The notes: generated by a model from the sequence alone, not told the origin. 64,000 bases of DNA from an uncultured candidate division Zixibacteria bacterium (GCA_963817915.1 CAWFQL010000003.1:32001-96000); one strand, 5' to 3'; counted from the first letter of the stretch, positions 20,588 to 32,223 are shown. Program-made: numbers and translations.

Positions 20588-21619
20588 ATGCGTTCAATAA
20601 AGATGATTATCCTAAGCATAATTTTGATAGCAGCCGCGATCGCGCCAACCGCATCCGCCGATAGCGGTTATTACAAGATTCTTTTCAATACCATCGCTCC
20701 CAATGACTCTTTATATGTGGTATCATTGGATACGCGCGATAATTCCTACCATATCAATATGGGACCCAATAAATATGTCGCGATTGTCGAGACTGCGATT
20801 AACGCCATCACAGTATATGACAATCAGCAGGCATCATTGATATATATCTTCAGAGATATGAACGATATCTCAGTAAATATGGAAACCAATGAAAAAACGC
20901 CTCATATCATGACCTGCCTCAAAGGTACGCCTCGATATTCAATAGCCAAAGTGATCTGGCTCGATTACGAAAACAAGCACCCCAAACATGTATTTTTCGA
21001 ATCAATGAATAATAAAAATGAAAACTACTCGCTCTATACACGGGATGGAAGCGACTTTTTCGATTTCAACGGGCAGGTATGGGAAGCCGTAATGCAAAAT
21101 AAAATTCTCACATTGAAATGGGGCTTGCTGGCTGAGCAAACCGTGAAGAGTATTACCGATGAAAAAGCCACTACAATTTATCAAGACCTCCGCAACGGCC
21201 AGGTGACAGTGAAGGATTTCGGCACCGATAATATCTTCTATGAAATGCTCCTGATATACTATGAGCATCGTGCCTCCATTCATCTCAACGGTAGCAGTCA
21301 AACCGAATGTTTCGATGCCTATTACAAAAACGATGGTACTGCCGGGCGTGTCTGCTACGATGACGGCATTTATTATTTCACTCTATTGGATAAAGATTAC
21401 TCGGCGCAGGTCATTAATAAATCTCAGGTTGAAGTTTACCTTAATGGTATCGTTTCGCTTTTGGCGAGAGATATCACACCCAAAAATATCGATATCGATT
21501 TTATGAATTCAGTCAGCGGCTCGGTCGAGGAAACTCGTCATTGGGATAATACTACGATCGGATATGACCTTTTCAAAGCCGTACTTAAACACGAAAAATC
21601 ATTATCATCGAAAAGATAG
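20588..21619 (+). CDS. Secreted hypothetical protein
   Basis: RBS AAGGAGG, signal peptide ending ASA-D, terminator at 21666-21696. No family recognised. Confidence 0.65.
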   Translation: MRSIKMIILSIILIAAAIAPTASADSGYYKILFNTIAPNDSLYVVSLDTRDNSYHINMGPNKYVAIVETAINAITVYDNQQASLIYIFRDMNDISVNMETNEKTPHIMTCLKGTPRYSIAKVIWLDYENKHPKHVFFESMNNKNENYSLYTRDGSDFFDFNGQVWEAVMQNKILTLKWGLLAEQTVKSITDEKATTIYQDLRNGQVTVKDFGTDNIFYEMLLIYYEHRASIHLNGSSQTECFDAYYKNDGTAGRVCYDDGIYYFTLLDKDYSAQVINKSQVEVYLNGIVSLLARDITPKNIDIDFMNSVSGSVEETRHWDNTTIGYDLFKAVLKHEKSLSSKR

Positions 21620-21838
21620 CGCTACGAAATGCGATTTTATTGCCAATGTCTTAATCCCCCTTTTGGGCTGACATCAACCGATGTCAGCCTTTTTTATTTG
21701 CCTTAAGTGGAATAAAATTATTTCATCGTTGTATAACAAATAGACGGACAATTTTTAGAGGGAGTAGGAAGTAGAGAAAGATCAAGCCGGCTTGTTGTAG
21801 AAGACTGTTACCCAAAATCAAAATCGGGGAGGACGAGT

Positions 21839-23757
21839 ATGAAACTGGTCAAGAGATTGATAGTTCTCATAACCGCATTCTGCGCGATTGCGGCTATCGA
21901 AATTAATGCCGGAACTACCGGTACAATTTGTGGTAAGGTTTGTGACAAAGCCACCGGAGAGCCCATTCCCGGCGCGAGCGTCATAATAAAAGGCACTTCT
22001 ATGGGATGCGCGGCCGCTTTCGATGGAACATTCACTATTATTAATATCAATCCGGGAGTATATTCCTTAATTGCTCAGACTATCGGCTATGATAAATTGA
22101 CAATCGATAGCGTTGTGGTCAAAGCGGATTCGATTACAATCATTGATTTTGTTTTGGAATCAAGTATTTCACGATTGACAACGTCATTGTTACCGCCGAA
22201 AGAAAATTAATTGATAAGGGCATTATTTCGATTCATGCTCGCGGGGGACGGGCAGGAGAAATTGCCTATCTGGTCGATGGAGTAGCAATTCCTGATTGTT
22301 TTAGCGGAGTCATAGTCGAAAACTTCAATACCGAAAATTACGATAGAATCTACGAAAATGAATTCAAGGATCCCAGGCAGGACCCGCTATCGACATTCAG
22401 TGTCGATGTGGATAAGGCATCCTATAGCAATGTCAGACGGTTCATCAATGACGGTATGCTTCCTCCGCCCGACGCGGTCAGAATTGAAGAATTGATAAAT
22501 TATTTTACATACGATTATCCCCAGCCGAGTGACGGCATACCATTCTCCGTGACTACCGAAATTTCCTCATGCCCCTGGAATAACAATCATCTCCTGGCGC
22601 ATATCGGACTGAAGGGAAAAGAAATCAAAACTGACAATCTGCCCCCAAGCAACCTCGTATTCCTGATTGATGTATCGGGTTCAATGGAAGATCCCGATAA
22701 GCTGCCATTGCTAAAGTCGGCATTCAAATTACTGGTAGGCAATTTAAGAGATAATGATCGTATCGCAATTGTCACATACGCATCGAATACCGGAATTGTC
22801 CTGGAACCGACATCGGGTAGCCAAAAGAATATCATTCTCCGCGCTCTCGATAATCTTGAATCCGGAGGCTGTACCGCGGGAGGCGCCGGATTGACTCTGG
22901 CCTATAAGGCCGCCGAAAAGTATTATCTTAAGAACGGCAACAACCGAATTATTCTGGCTACCGATGGCGACTTCAATATCGGACCATCCAGCGATGGCGA
23001 GATGGTCAGGCTTATAGAGAAAAATCGAGACAAGGGGATATTCATCACGGTTCTCGGCTTCGGAATGGGTAATCTAAAAGATTCGAGAATGGAAAAGATC
23101 GCCGACAAGGGAAACGGCAATTACATGTATATCGATAATTTTCTCGAAGCCAAAAAAGCGCTCGTCAATGAAATGGGCGGTACCTTGTGCACTATCGCCA
23201 AGGATGTCAAGATACAGATCGAATTCAATCCCGCGAAAGTAAAATCATATAGGCTTGTCGGCTATGAAAATCGCATGCTCAATAAAGAAGATTTCAATGA
23301 TGACAAGAAAGACGCCGGCGAAATAGGCGCGGGACATTCAGTAACGGCTCTCTATGAAATAATCCCTGTTGGTGATGATTTCAAGACAGCCGATGTTGAC
23401 GATCTAAAATATCAAAAAGCCGAAATATCGCCCAACCCCAATTTTGCCGATGAACTTATGACATTGAAATTGCGCTACAAAGAACCCGATGGCGATAAAA
23501 GCAAATTGATCGAATGCACAGTCAGCGATAAGGCAGTCGATTTCCAAATGGCATCCGAGAATGTCCAATTCTCGGCCGCTGTCGCCGAATATGGCATGAT
23601 TCTTCGTGAATCAAAATTCATGGGGACTTCCTCGCTGGAAAATGTAATCAAAATCGCCGAGCAAGTCAAAGGCGAAGACAAGGAAGGATATCGCAGCGAA
23701 TTTATTCAACTCGCCAAGACCTGCCAGTCTCTACCTAAAAGGGTCAGCGAGCAATAA
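21839..23757 (+). CDS. YfbK-like vWA protein with N-terminal carboxypeptidase-regulatory-like domain; frameshift at ~22170
   Basis: GTICGKVCDKATGEPIPGASV; after the shift VIVTAER...HARGGRAGEIAYLVDGV...PLSTFSVDVDKASYSNVRR; MIDAS DVSGSM; LATDGDFN; YRLVGYENR. Confidence 0.85.
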
Positions 23758-25432
23758 TCGAATGGCTTAAGTCATAATGGCGGGAACGGAAATTTAAGTG
23801 AACGTCAAGTGAACAATTTAACGATTCACTAATCCCCAAAACCACGGTCCCGCCATTTTTATTTCCGATCATTATTTTTCCTCCTAACCGCATACGCTGT
23901 TTATCGCTAACAAGTCTTGTTGCTATTAATCCCCTGCTCATTAAAATCTTTTCCCTGGTTAAACATGATTGACAAAATTGAAATGTGTATTATCTTTGGT
24001 TTATAGAATAAAGCTCTCAATCCGAGAGCGGAAAAAGGAGTTCCTAATGAAAAAATTGTTATGGTTTAGCACTCTATTTGCATCGATGATATTTATTTTT
24101 CAACCCAACTCTTCGTTGGCGCAGTGGCCCACGGATCCCTCGGCAAATTTGCTGATCTGCGATCATTCAGGAGAGCAGACTATCCCCAAGGTCGCCGCGA
24201 TTTCCGATGGCGGATGCTATATAAGTTGGTGGGATAATTCCTCGGGACATTATTGTATGTATTTACAGAGGGTCAATGCCCTTGGCGAAATTCAATGGCA
24301 ATCCAACGGCCTCTTGATCAGTGATCATTCTCAGGATTCATGGCTCACCGATTACGATCTCGGTGTCGATAATTCCGATTATGCCATTATTGCGCTTAAC
24401 GATACTCGCGCCGGCGGTGATTGGGATATCTACGGCTACCGTATCAGCCCAGCCGGGGAATTTGCTTGGGGCGCCGATGGTATTGCCATATCTGATAATA
24501 CCGGATTCGAACCCGATCCGAGAGTAATTACGACTTCCAATGGTAATATTGTTTTCGGATGGCAGGAAGAGAACCTTGTTCATCTGCGCAAAATAACCCC
24601 TGCCGGAACCGATGTCTGGAATCCGGCAACAAAGACATTGACTACCCAATACGGCTATTCAATCGTAAGATTAGCCCCCGCCCTGAATGATGAATTTATC
24701 CTGCAAATGCTAAAGGCGACCGGCTCTGGTTATGCTCCCAAACATCTTTACGCATTCAAATTCGATTCGCTCGGCGTCGCGCTATGGGGCGATGCAGGTG
24801 TCGTGGTAACTTCGGCAGGCGGATTTGGTTTCCAAATGCGTCCGGATATTATTCCCGATGGCGCAGGCGGGGTTTATTCATATTGGTATGATTCTCGCAA
24901 TCAGGTCTTGCATTCCTTTGCCCAGCATATTTTAGCCAACGGTACTATGCGTTGGACTGCCAACGGTGTTCAACTTTCTACATCAGGCGCTGAAATCCAA
25001 GGCCAGCCGGCGATCGCGAGAGTAAATGGTACGGGAGAAATAATACTCGGTTACGAAACCGCGAATGTCGCTCAAACCCTAAATGGGTTGGGAGCGCAGA
25101 TGCTGGATTCGACTGGCGCTCGTCAATGGAGTAATACAGGAAGGATTTTGGTGCCGCTCGGCAATTCGGTAAGCATGATGGTCAATGCTTGCGAGGCCGA
25201 ATCCGGAGCGGTGATCTCCTGTCTTCAAACTCCGCCGGGTAACTTCGCTAATAGCCTGGTCAAAGCTATCAGGCTCGACAGAAATGGAAATCCTGTCTGG
25301 GACCCGCAATTCACGACAATGTCGTCAGTTGTAAGCTCCAAGGGATACTACAATGCCGCAAAAAATCCCATTGGCCAGGTATTCGGGACCTGGGCTGACA
25401 ACCGTAATAGCTCCTCTCCCGATATTTATGCG

Positions 25433-25989
25433 GTCGTAGACAGAACACCACGGCTTTAGCCGTGGATGAATGAGCCTTGAGGCGGTATATTATGGTGTAT
25501 GGAAGTAATCAAGTCATCCCACAGCATGTATTGTTTGCATTACCACGTGGTTTGGGTATGCAAATACCGCCGAAAGATCCTGAAGCCTGGTGTCTGTTCA
25601 TATATACGGAAGACTCTTCCGGGACTTCTTCGGGGAATGCCTGGGGTAACGATGGAGACAATTGGCTTTGATAATGATCATTTGCATATGCTGATGACGA
25701 TTCCGCCGAAGTATAGTATTTCGGATGTCATGGGCAGTTTAAAAAGCCAATTGGCGTCAAGAATGCGGAAGTTTTTTCCATGGCTGGCCAAAGTGTACTG
25801 GAACGAAAACATAGTCTGGTCACCGGGGTATTTTGTGAGTAGCGTCGGTCTGGATGAGCAGACAATCCGGAACTATGTGGAGTTTCAAGGACACCAGGAT
25901 TCAGGACAACTCCGTCAGGAGTTGTGAAAACCGCGAAGCGCAAGGCGTAAGCCATCAGTACCCCGGCTTTAGCCGGGGGTATCTATATT
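25433..25989 (+). mobile_element. IS200/IS605-family element, tnpA-only (557 bp; ends could be shifted 3 nt left)
   Basis: Subterminal hairpins ccacggctttagccgtgg and ccccggctttagccgggg; no target duplication; removal restores the host frame. Confidence 0.9.
25499..25927 (+). CDS. tnpA: IS200 Y1 HUH transposase
   Basis: YHVVWVCKYRR, DHLHML (HUH), WSPGYFVSSVG, YVEFQ catalytic Tyr. Confidence 0.95.
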   Translation: MEVIKSSHSMYCLHYHVVWVCKYRRKILKPGVCSYIRKTLPGLLRGMPGVTMETIGFDNDHLHMLMTIPPKYSISDVMGSLKSQLASRMRKFFPWLAKVYWNENIVWSPGYFVSSVGLDEQTIRNYVEFQGHQDSGQLRQEL

Positions 25990-26326
25990 CAGAATGTCAA
26001 CCCCGATGGCTCGCTGGGCGATATAGCGATAGGAATCGATGGGCCGGACGCGAATATTCCAAATCAGTTTGAGCTATCGCAAAATTATCCCAATCCATTC
26101 AACGCCTCGACTATGATTCGCTATTATCTGCCTAAAACATCGGATGTCAAAATCGGTATCTATGATCAGCTTGGCCGCTTGGTCGCCGAATTTTCATCCG
26201 CAAGCGAGAACGCCGGATATCACAGCGTCACATGGAATGCGTCAGAACTCGCGTCAGGAATTTACTTCTATAAAATAAATGCAGGTGATTATAGTGATAC
26301 CAAACGAATGGTGTTGCTGAAATAAA

Positions 26327-26437
26327 GTAGGGCGGAACCCCCGCGGTTCCGCCAAAATGCCGCAAAAAAAGTCCGAACCACTGGGGTTCGGACTACCATA
26401 AATATTTCCGTAGGGGCTCAAAATTTTGAGCCCCTAC
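26327..26437. repeat. REP cluster (three GTAG-type palindromes)
   Basis: gtagggcggaacccccgcggttccgcc; gtccgaaccactggggttcggactac; gtaggggctcaaaattttgagcccctac. Confidence 0.8.
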
Positions 26438-26440
26438 AAT

Positions 26441-26650
26441 TTATTCCTTCACTACTAGCACATGTATCGCCTTGACGATTAATTTAACATTATCGCCTTT
26501 TTTGAGTCCGAGCTCATCGAGCGAATCGACCGTCATTACAGAGCCCATAACTGATTTGGCGGGGATTTCGAGCTTGACCTGCCCCATGATATCGCCCTTT
26601 TTAATCTCAACCACTTTTCCAATTAATTGATTTCTCGCGCCGTATTTCAT
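26441..26650 (-). CDS. TOBE/Mop molybdate-tungstate binding protein
   Basis: ARNQLIGKVVEIKKG...SVMTVDSLDELGLKKGD..KA. Confidence 0.88.
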   Translation of the reverse strand: MKYGARNQLIGKVVEIKKGDIMGQVKLEIPAKSVMGSVMTVDSLDELGLKKGDNVKLIVKAIHVLVVKE

Positions 26651-26789
26651 AATGTCCTCCGTTTGAAATTTTATTGCGTGTCACAGTTTACTGTGACCGC
26701 AATCCATCTTGTCGCGGTCAAAGCTTATCCGCCGCTTGTCTGGCACGCAAGCATTGACTCGCGACTAAATTATTTTGGTTTTATAATTT

Positions 26790-27497
26790 TTAGTCTATCA
26801 ATCTCGCAATGAAGAAAGCCGCGGCCGATGCCAATCCGCCGATAAGCATTGTCTGAAACGCACCTCGAAATGGGTTAAGCCCCGTGAATCTTCCCTTAAT
26901 ATAACCGAATACAAAGAGCGCCGTCAGTGTAACGCCGATAGAAACATATAGCGCGGTCGTCAAATTTCTGAGCACAATATATGATGCCAGCGGAACAAGA
27001 CCTCCGATGATATATGACATCGCGATAGTAAATGCGCTGCGAGCGGCGCGTTTGGGATCCGGCGCTTCGAGGCCGAGCTCGAAACGCATCATGAAATCAA
27101 CCCACCGTTTGGGCTCGGCGCAAATAGCTTCAACTACCGGAGCCATCTGTTCTTCATTCATGCCGTAGCCTCTGAAGACATCGGCGACTTCTTCGATTTC
27201 GCGATCGCGAAGTTTTTCGATTTCCAGGTATTCTCTGGCCTCCTCGGATTTATAATGCTCCATATCGGTCTTCGCGGCCAGATATCCGCCCAGCCCCATC
27301 GCTATCGATCCCGCCGCTATTTCAGCAAATCCCGCTGTTACAACAATCCCTGTCGGATTGGGACTGGCTGCCACCGCTCCGGTCAGGCCGGCCGCCAGAG
27401 CGAACGGCACAGTCAATCCATCGGACATCCCTATGACTATATCGCGAACAGTCGCGCTTGCCATAAAATGAGATTCAATATGTGGTGCCGCCGGCAT
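26790..27497 (-). CDS. VIT1/CCC1 family Fe/Mn transporter
   Basis: RDIVIGMSDGLTVPFALAAGL, AGSIAMGLGGYLA, MMRFELG. Confidence 0.92.
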   Translation of the reverse strand: MPAAPHIESHFMASATVRDIVIGMSDGLTVPFALAAGLTGAVAASPNPTGIVVTAGFAEIAAGSIAMGLGGYLAAKTDMEHYKSEEAREYLEIEKLRDREIEEVADVFRGYGMNEEQMAPVVEAICAEPKRWVDFMMRFELGLEAPDPKRAARSAFTIAMSYIIGGLVPLASYIVLRNLTTALYVSIGVTLTALFVFGYIKGRFTGLNPFRGAFQTMLIGGLASAAAFFIARLID

Positions 27498-27631
27498 GAT
27501 TCGCTCCTTTTATTCTTTATACAACAGTAGGACAGGAGTCGCAGACTCCTGCCAAAACCACGTTTCTACAATGGCAGGAGTGTTCCACTCCTGCCCTACA
27601 AAATTGTGCCGCATATACAGTATTTCTAATC

Positions 27632-29041
27632 TCATAATTTGGCCAACGCCTTCAATATCGCGTCCGTGATCGGATCGAAATGTTTCTTGACCAGATGGCC
27701 GCCGGGAAGCTGAATACAATCGACCATGGTCGTATCGAGGTCCTTATCCCTGCAGATTACGTCGTCGTCATCCGCTCCATAGAAGCAAAGAATTTTTATC
27801 CCTTTGAGCCTTTTAAATTCGGGCTTGGTAGGAGTCGATTTATCGCTGGGTGAATTACCGAACCAATTGGACACGTGGAATTCAAAATCTGCTTCATGCG
27901 CGGGGCCGATGAGTGCTATCAATTTTATTTTATCTTTTAAATCTGCCGGAAGACGATTTACCATGAATGGCAATACGTCGGCCCCCATAGAATAACCGAT
28001 TAATATTATTTTCTCCTTTTTCCAGGCTGTCGAATAATACGACAAAACCCTGCCCAGATCTAACGACGCCTCTTCAGGTGTCTTCTTATGCCAGAAATAT
28101 TTCAGCGAATTCCATCCGATAACAGAAATCCCGCTATCGGCCAGTGAATTCGAGATCCCCTTGTCGGTCACTCCCCAGCCGCCATCGCCTGTGATATGAA
28201 CTGCCATGACGTTTTTAGTCGTATCATCCGCGATCACCTCTACCAATGGCAGGTCTTTCACCGCGACATCTTCCACCGGTGGCGGTGTAATCTGCTGAGT
28301 GAATGTTACCTTCTTGTAGGCTTCCTTAAATTGCGGCATCCAATTTCGCTCGACTGAAAAACCATGCCCGACCTTGGGCAATTGAATGATCTCGCCGTTT
28401 TTCACCTGCCCTACAAATTTATCGGTTTCAGCGGGATCGCAGACTTGATCTATATCTCCCTGCAACGCTACCCATGGCACTTCCAGAGATTTCGCCGGCA
28501 AAAAACTGTACCCCTTCCCTTTGGGGCCGGCAGTCCATTCGAGACCAATACCGGGACAGAATTGCTTAGTCACCGGCAAGTCGGGGCAGAAACCCAGACT
28601 GATGGCGCCTTTGAATGTGTTAGTCGGAGCCTGGACAAGCGAGGCATATACTAAAGTCGCGCCCGATGAATACCCGACGAGGATCGGTGTCACATAATTT
28701 GGAAATTTGTAATTCTCCTGCACGAATTTACTCAATATCTCGAAATCCCCGGCCGGATATGAGCATTTCTCCGATGATTTATCGAGCTCGCCGAGATAAT
28801 GAGTGATATTAACTCCAACGACCATGGCGTCGAGCGATGACAGCGAACGAGCCATATCGACTACTCCAAGATTCCAGCCGCCATCGCCTGATACAAAAAG
28901 TACTAAATTCGACGGAGTGGGGTTATTGTAATAGGTATAAATATTGCCGAATCGTCCGAATTTCAATGTATCCTCGGTCGCGAGTGATAAATTGAATAAA
29001 ATAATCGTAGTTAGTGAAATCAGCAGACATATCTTTTTCAT
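27632..29041 (-). CDS. acvB: AcvB/VirJ family aminoacyl-phosphatidylglycerol hydrolase (two alpha/beta hydrolase domains)
   Basis: SGDGGW/TGDGGW twice, GYSSG and GYSMGAD, LPGGH; signal peptide. Confidence 0.85.
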   Translation of the reverse strand: MKKICLLISLTTIILFNLSLATEDTLKFGRFGNIYTYYNNPTPSNLVLFVSGDGGWNLGVVDMARSLSSLDAMVVGVNITHYLGELDKSSEKCSYPAGDFEILSKFVQENYKFPNYVTPILVGYSSGATLVYASLVQAPTNTFKGAISLGFCPDLPVTKQFCPGIGLEWTAGPKGKGYSFLPAKSLEVPWVALQGDIDQVCDPAETDKFVGQVKNGEIIQLPKVGHGFSVERNWMPQFKEAYKKVTFTQQITPPPVEDVAVKDLPLVEVIADDTTKNVMAVHITGDGGWGVTDKGISNSLADSGISVIGWNSLKYFWHKKTPEEASLDLGRVLSYYSTAWKKEKIILIGYSMGADVLPFMVNRLPADLKDKIKLIALIGPAHEADFEFHVSNWFGNSPSDKSTPTKPEFKRLKGIKILCFYGADDDDVICRDKDLDTTMVDCIQLPGGHLVKKHFDPITDAILKALAKL

Positions 29042-29084
29042 TTTGGTCACGCCCCCGTATAAATTGAATTGCAAAAAATACAAA

Positions 29085-30140
29085 TCACACTTCTATTTTA
29101 CGCTTCAAAAGCTTCGATATCTCCAATCGAATATCTTTTAATTTCATCCCCGTCTCCGATATCGCCCATAACCCCAATATCCAAAGCGGAATTGTCAGAA
29201 TAATAAACACTACTATCGAAAAGCCGGTTGCAGTTGTTTTATCGATTCCGAAAATAGTCAATCCCACAACGCAGAAAAATTGATAGGAACCGATATTCGA
29301 TGGAGCGTTGGGGATGGCAGTCCCGAGATGCACAATCATCATCACCGCAGCCCCGGCCCATAGCGAGACTTCAAGACCATAAGCCCTCATTACCAGCCAG
29401 AACGCCAGGATTTGGAATATCAATACAAATGCCGAGGCTATCAATGCGAAATAAAAATCACTTTTTAGCCCTATCTGCTTGATACCCGCGGCGATTTTTG
29501 AAATAAACCCAATCGCTCTCTTTAATATTCCGGCCTTTCCAATGACTGCTGATTTGTTTTGTGCCAGCTCGCGTTGCTTTCTGAACACAAGGTAAATAAA
29601 AAGAATCACTGCCAAAATTACGACTATCCCCAAAATGTCGGCGGCCTTCAAGAGATTTTTCGGGAGCTCGACAAACAGCGCGGTCAATCCGATTCCAAAT
29701 GCCAGCCAGATTCCGTCATGAAACCGCTCGATCACCATCGATGGCACAATCGAAAGTATGTCCTTTGACATCCAGCGCGAAACCAGATAGGCACGGACGA
29801 GCTCGCCTGCCCGCAATGGTATTATCTCATTAGTAAAAAGTCCGGCATAGATCGCCTGAGTTGTTTTGATTGTTGATATTTCCCCGAGTGGTTTCATTAA
29901 AATCCGCCATCGAAGTCCCTGGCTCAAATAGCTGAAAATATCAAAAAACACAGCCAGTATTATCAAGCTCCATTGGATATTCGGTATCTGAGAAAATAAC
30001 CGTTCAACATGAATATCATGAAAAACCCACACCAGACATGCGGCGGCGAAAAGATATCCTAATATCTGTTTTAGACGATAATTTTTGGATGATGAAGGCC
30101 TATCTCTATCAATGGCGGAGGATGATTCGTCATTTTTCAT
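29085..30140 (-). CDS. Lysylphosphatidylglycerol synthase TM / flippase-like membrane protein
   Basis: LRWRIL, NEIIPLRAGELVRAY, IER..DG, PNAPSNIG. Confidence 0.82.
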   Translation of the reverse strand: MKNDESSSAIDRDRPSSSKNYRLKQILGYLFAAACLVWVFHDIHVERLFSQIPNIQWSLIILAVFFDIFSYLSQGLRWRILMKPLGEISTIKTTQAIYAGLFTNEIIPLRAGELVRAYLVSRWMSKDILSIVPSMVIERFHDGIWLAFGIGLTALFVELPKNLLKAADILGIVVILAVILFIYLVFRKQRELAQNKSAVIGKAGILKRAIGFISKIAAGIKQIGLKSDFYFALIASAFVLIFQILAFWLVMRAYGLEVSLWAGAAVMMIVHLGTAIPNAPSNIGSYQFFCVVGLTIFGIDKTTATGFSIVVFIILTIPLWILGLWAISETGMKLKDIRLEISKLLKRKIEV

Positions 30141-30154
30141 TATATAAATTTCGT

Positions 30155-31849
30155 TTAATTCCGGTTCTTTTTTACGATTCGTAGTATCAACGGAACACCG
30201 ATCGGTTTTTTGACTTCGGATAATTCCCGAAGAGCAATCGCCAGTCTCGTCAAGTCGAGATAGCCTCTATAAATCGAATAACGCGGCTCCCAGGTATTAG
30301 CGAATTTAGCCTTATAATTCAGAAGCCCCTTGTAGCTGAAAAGGAAGTTCAGATGCTGGAAGAAATAATGAATAGCCTTTTCCTCAGGAGATGCTTGCTC
30401 ATTTTCCCTGAAACCAGACATCGGAGCCATGCCGAGATTGAAACGTTCATACCCCTGTTCTTTCGAATGAAGAAAAAGCTTTATGAAAAGATAATCCATA
30501 ATGCCGTTGGGTGATGATTTCCTGCGTCGCATGAGATCATTCGTCACTTCTCCTTTGAGGTAAGAAGGTATCAGATTTACAAACCCCTGAATCTTACCGT
30601 CAATATCTTCCGCTGTCAAAACCGGTGTCGAGCGGATATATTCGGTTTCGAACATTCCCAATGTGAAGTGCCGCTCCCGACGACCTGAAATCTGAAGCCA
30701 TTCATCGGAGACTTCTTTAACTCTGGCGATTATCTCGTCCGGCACAGGTGGCTGATAGAAATGAGAGTGTATCCCGGCTTCTTCCATTTTTCGAACCGTG
30801 TGACGAATTTCTTTCTTAGCTTTTTCCAATGTAAATTGCTTGAGGTCCACTATGCCGTCATCGCCGATTTTGATCTTCCTGAATCCGAGCTTTTCGAAGA
30901 TCGGAAGATAATCCGGCAGGGTTTGATGAAAGCATGTTCCCCAATCATTCTCCTGACAATAAGTTGAAAAACCGCGAATAATCTCTTCGATCTCATCCTC
31001 CGGCCCCACGGGATCGCCCAATGCTATGGCAAAATTATTGGCCACTCCATAAGCGACTACACTCTTCTGGGATTTTGAAAAATAATATGATTTATCCGGC
31101 CAGAATTTGAAATAGTCCATCGATGATCGGCCATATTGTTCAACAATCGTTCTTGTTTGCGAAATTTCATTCGGCAGAGTCCTGAATCTATAAATGACGG
31201 GCCGAAACAACGCATACAAAGAATAAATAATCGTAATAGAAGATAAGAAATAAAGCGAATCGAGAAACCATTTGGCGTAACGAGTCCGGGGAATTAGAGT
31301 AGAATCGCCGATCCATGTCAGATATAGAAATGTTTCCTTAATCGCCTCGCCGATATGGAAATTAATCTCAAAATGATTTTTATCCAAAAACCAGAATGCC
31401 GCAATGCCATATCCAAATGCCAGTAAGACCGCGATTCCAAACCTCGCCAGCCCCCAGCGAATATCCGGTATGCTGCTTTTGACAACAAAACTTTTTCTGG
31501 CGAGAATCAATACCAGCAAAAGCACAAGCGAAACCGAAGCCTCTTCGTAGTCAAGACCTTTGGTGAGATGAAATATGATCGAAAAGATCGATAAAATCAA
31601 TACTGTCAAAAATGCGCGTTTCTTTCGACGGTAAATATTTATCGCCGAAACCACCAGCGCCATTCCAATTGCCATTGTCAGGAATTTCGAAAGATGTATG
31701 AATTCCAGCGCGAAAAACTCTTTCAATATTGCATGCCGTTCCGGCAGGCTGGGGCCGATTAATGAAATGAAGTTGATCAGCCCGCTTCCCAGAGTAAATA
31801 GGGCAACGAGCTTTACCAGGATCATGCTTGGCTTAAGTTCTATTTTCAT
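30155..31849 (-). CDS. mprF: Phosphatidylglycerol aminoacyl(lysyl)transferase, MprF synthase portion (DUF2156)
   Basis: HLTKGLDYEE, DKSYYF, ALGDPVG, DLMRR...PNGIMDYL, NLGMAPMSG, YKAKF..WEPRY; lacks the N-terminal flippase. Confidence 0.85.
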   Translation of the reverse strand: MKIELKPSMILVKLVALFTLGSGLINFISLIGPSLPERHAILKEFFALEFIHLSKFLTMAIGMALVVSAINIYRRKKRAFLTVLILSIFSIIFHLTKGLDYEEASVSLVLLLVLILARKSFVVKSSIPDIRWGLARFGIAVLLAFGYGIAAFWFLDKNHFEINFHIGEAIKETFLYLTWIGDSTLIPRTRYAKWFLDSLYFLSSITIIYSLYALFRPVIYRFRTLPNEISQTRTIVEQYGRSSMDYFKFWPDKSYYFSKSQKSVVAYGVANNFAIALGDPVGPEDEIEEIIRGFSTYCQENDWGTCFHQTLPDYLPIFEKLGFRKIKIGDDGIVDLKQFTLEKAKKEIRHTVRKMEEAGIHSHFYQPPVPDEIIARVKEVSDEWLQISGRRERHFTLGMFETEYIRSTPVLTAEDIDGKIQGFVNLIPSYLKGEVTNDLMRRRKSSPNGIMDYLFIKLFLHSKEQGYERFNLGMAPMSGFRENEQASPEEKAIHYFFQHLNFLFSYKGLLNYKAKFANTWEPRYSIYRGYLDLTRLAIALRELSEVKKPIGVPLILRIVKKNRN

Positions 31850-32223
31850 ATTTCATCGCTTTTATACTAAATTCGCCCGCATATCTCAATAGTTGCCCGG
31901 GGTATCAACCCCAGCTTCTTATACGTTTCATAGCCTGAATAATTATATGACGCTTTTATATCCAGTCAAGTCGATTAAATAGAAGAAATCCATCAAACTC
32001 CTATTAAACACTCTGGGATATCAACTGCGCTTTCCGGTCGCCCGACCCGACATAAAACAATTAGCCCTGCATACCAAAAGTAGGCCAGGAGTTGGAACAC
32101 TCCTGCTATCAAAGAGCTGTCGGGTCGCCTGACCCGACAGCTTAGTTCGAAATCAAAAAACGCCCTTGGGAAATTCAAGTGCTATCGGGTTGCCTCATCC
32201 GACAGGAAATTTCCGAAAGCATA

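Larger units (their letters stand above)
24047..26325 (+). pseudogene. T9SS cargo beta-propeller-like protein interrupted by IS200
   Basis: 24047..25432 ends ...SPDIYA. After the IS the frame resumes QNVNPDGSLG...SQNYPNPFN...RMVLLK* at 26325. Confidence 0.85.

Noticed and set aside
25928..25989. tnpB or omegaRNA in the IS
   Set aside because: The element ends about 60 bp after tnpA, leaving no room for tnpB or a guide RNA scaffold.
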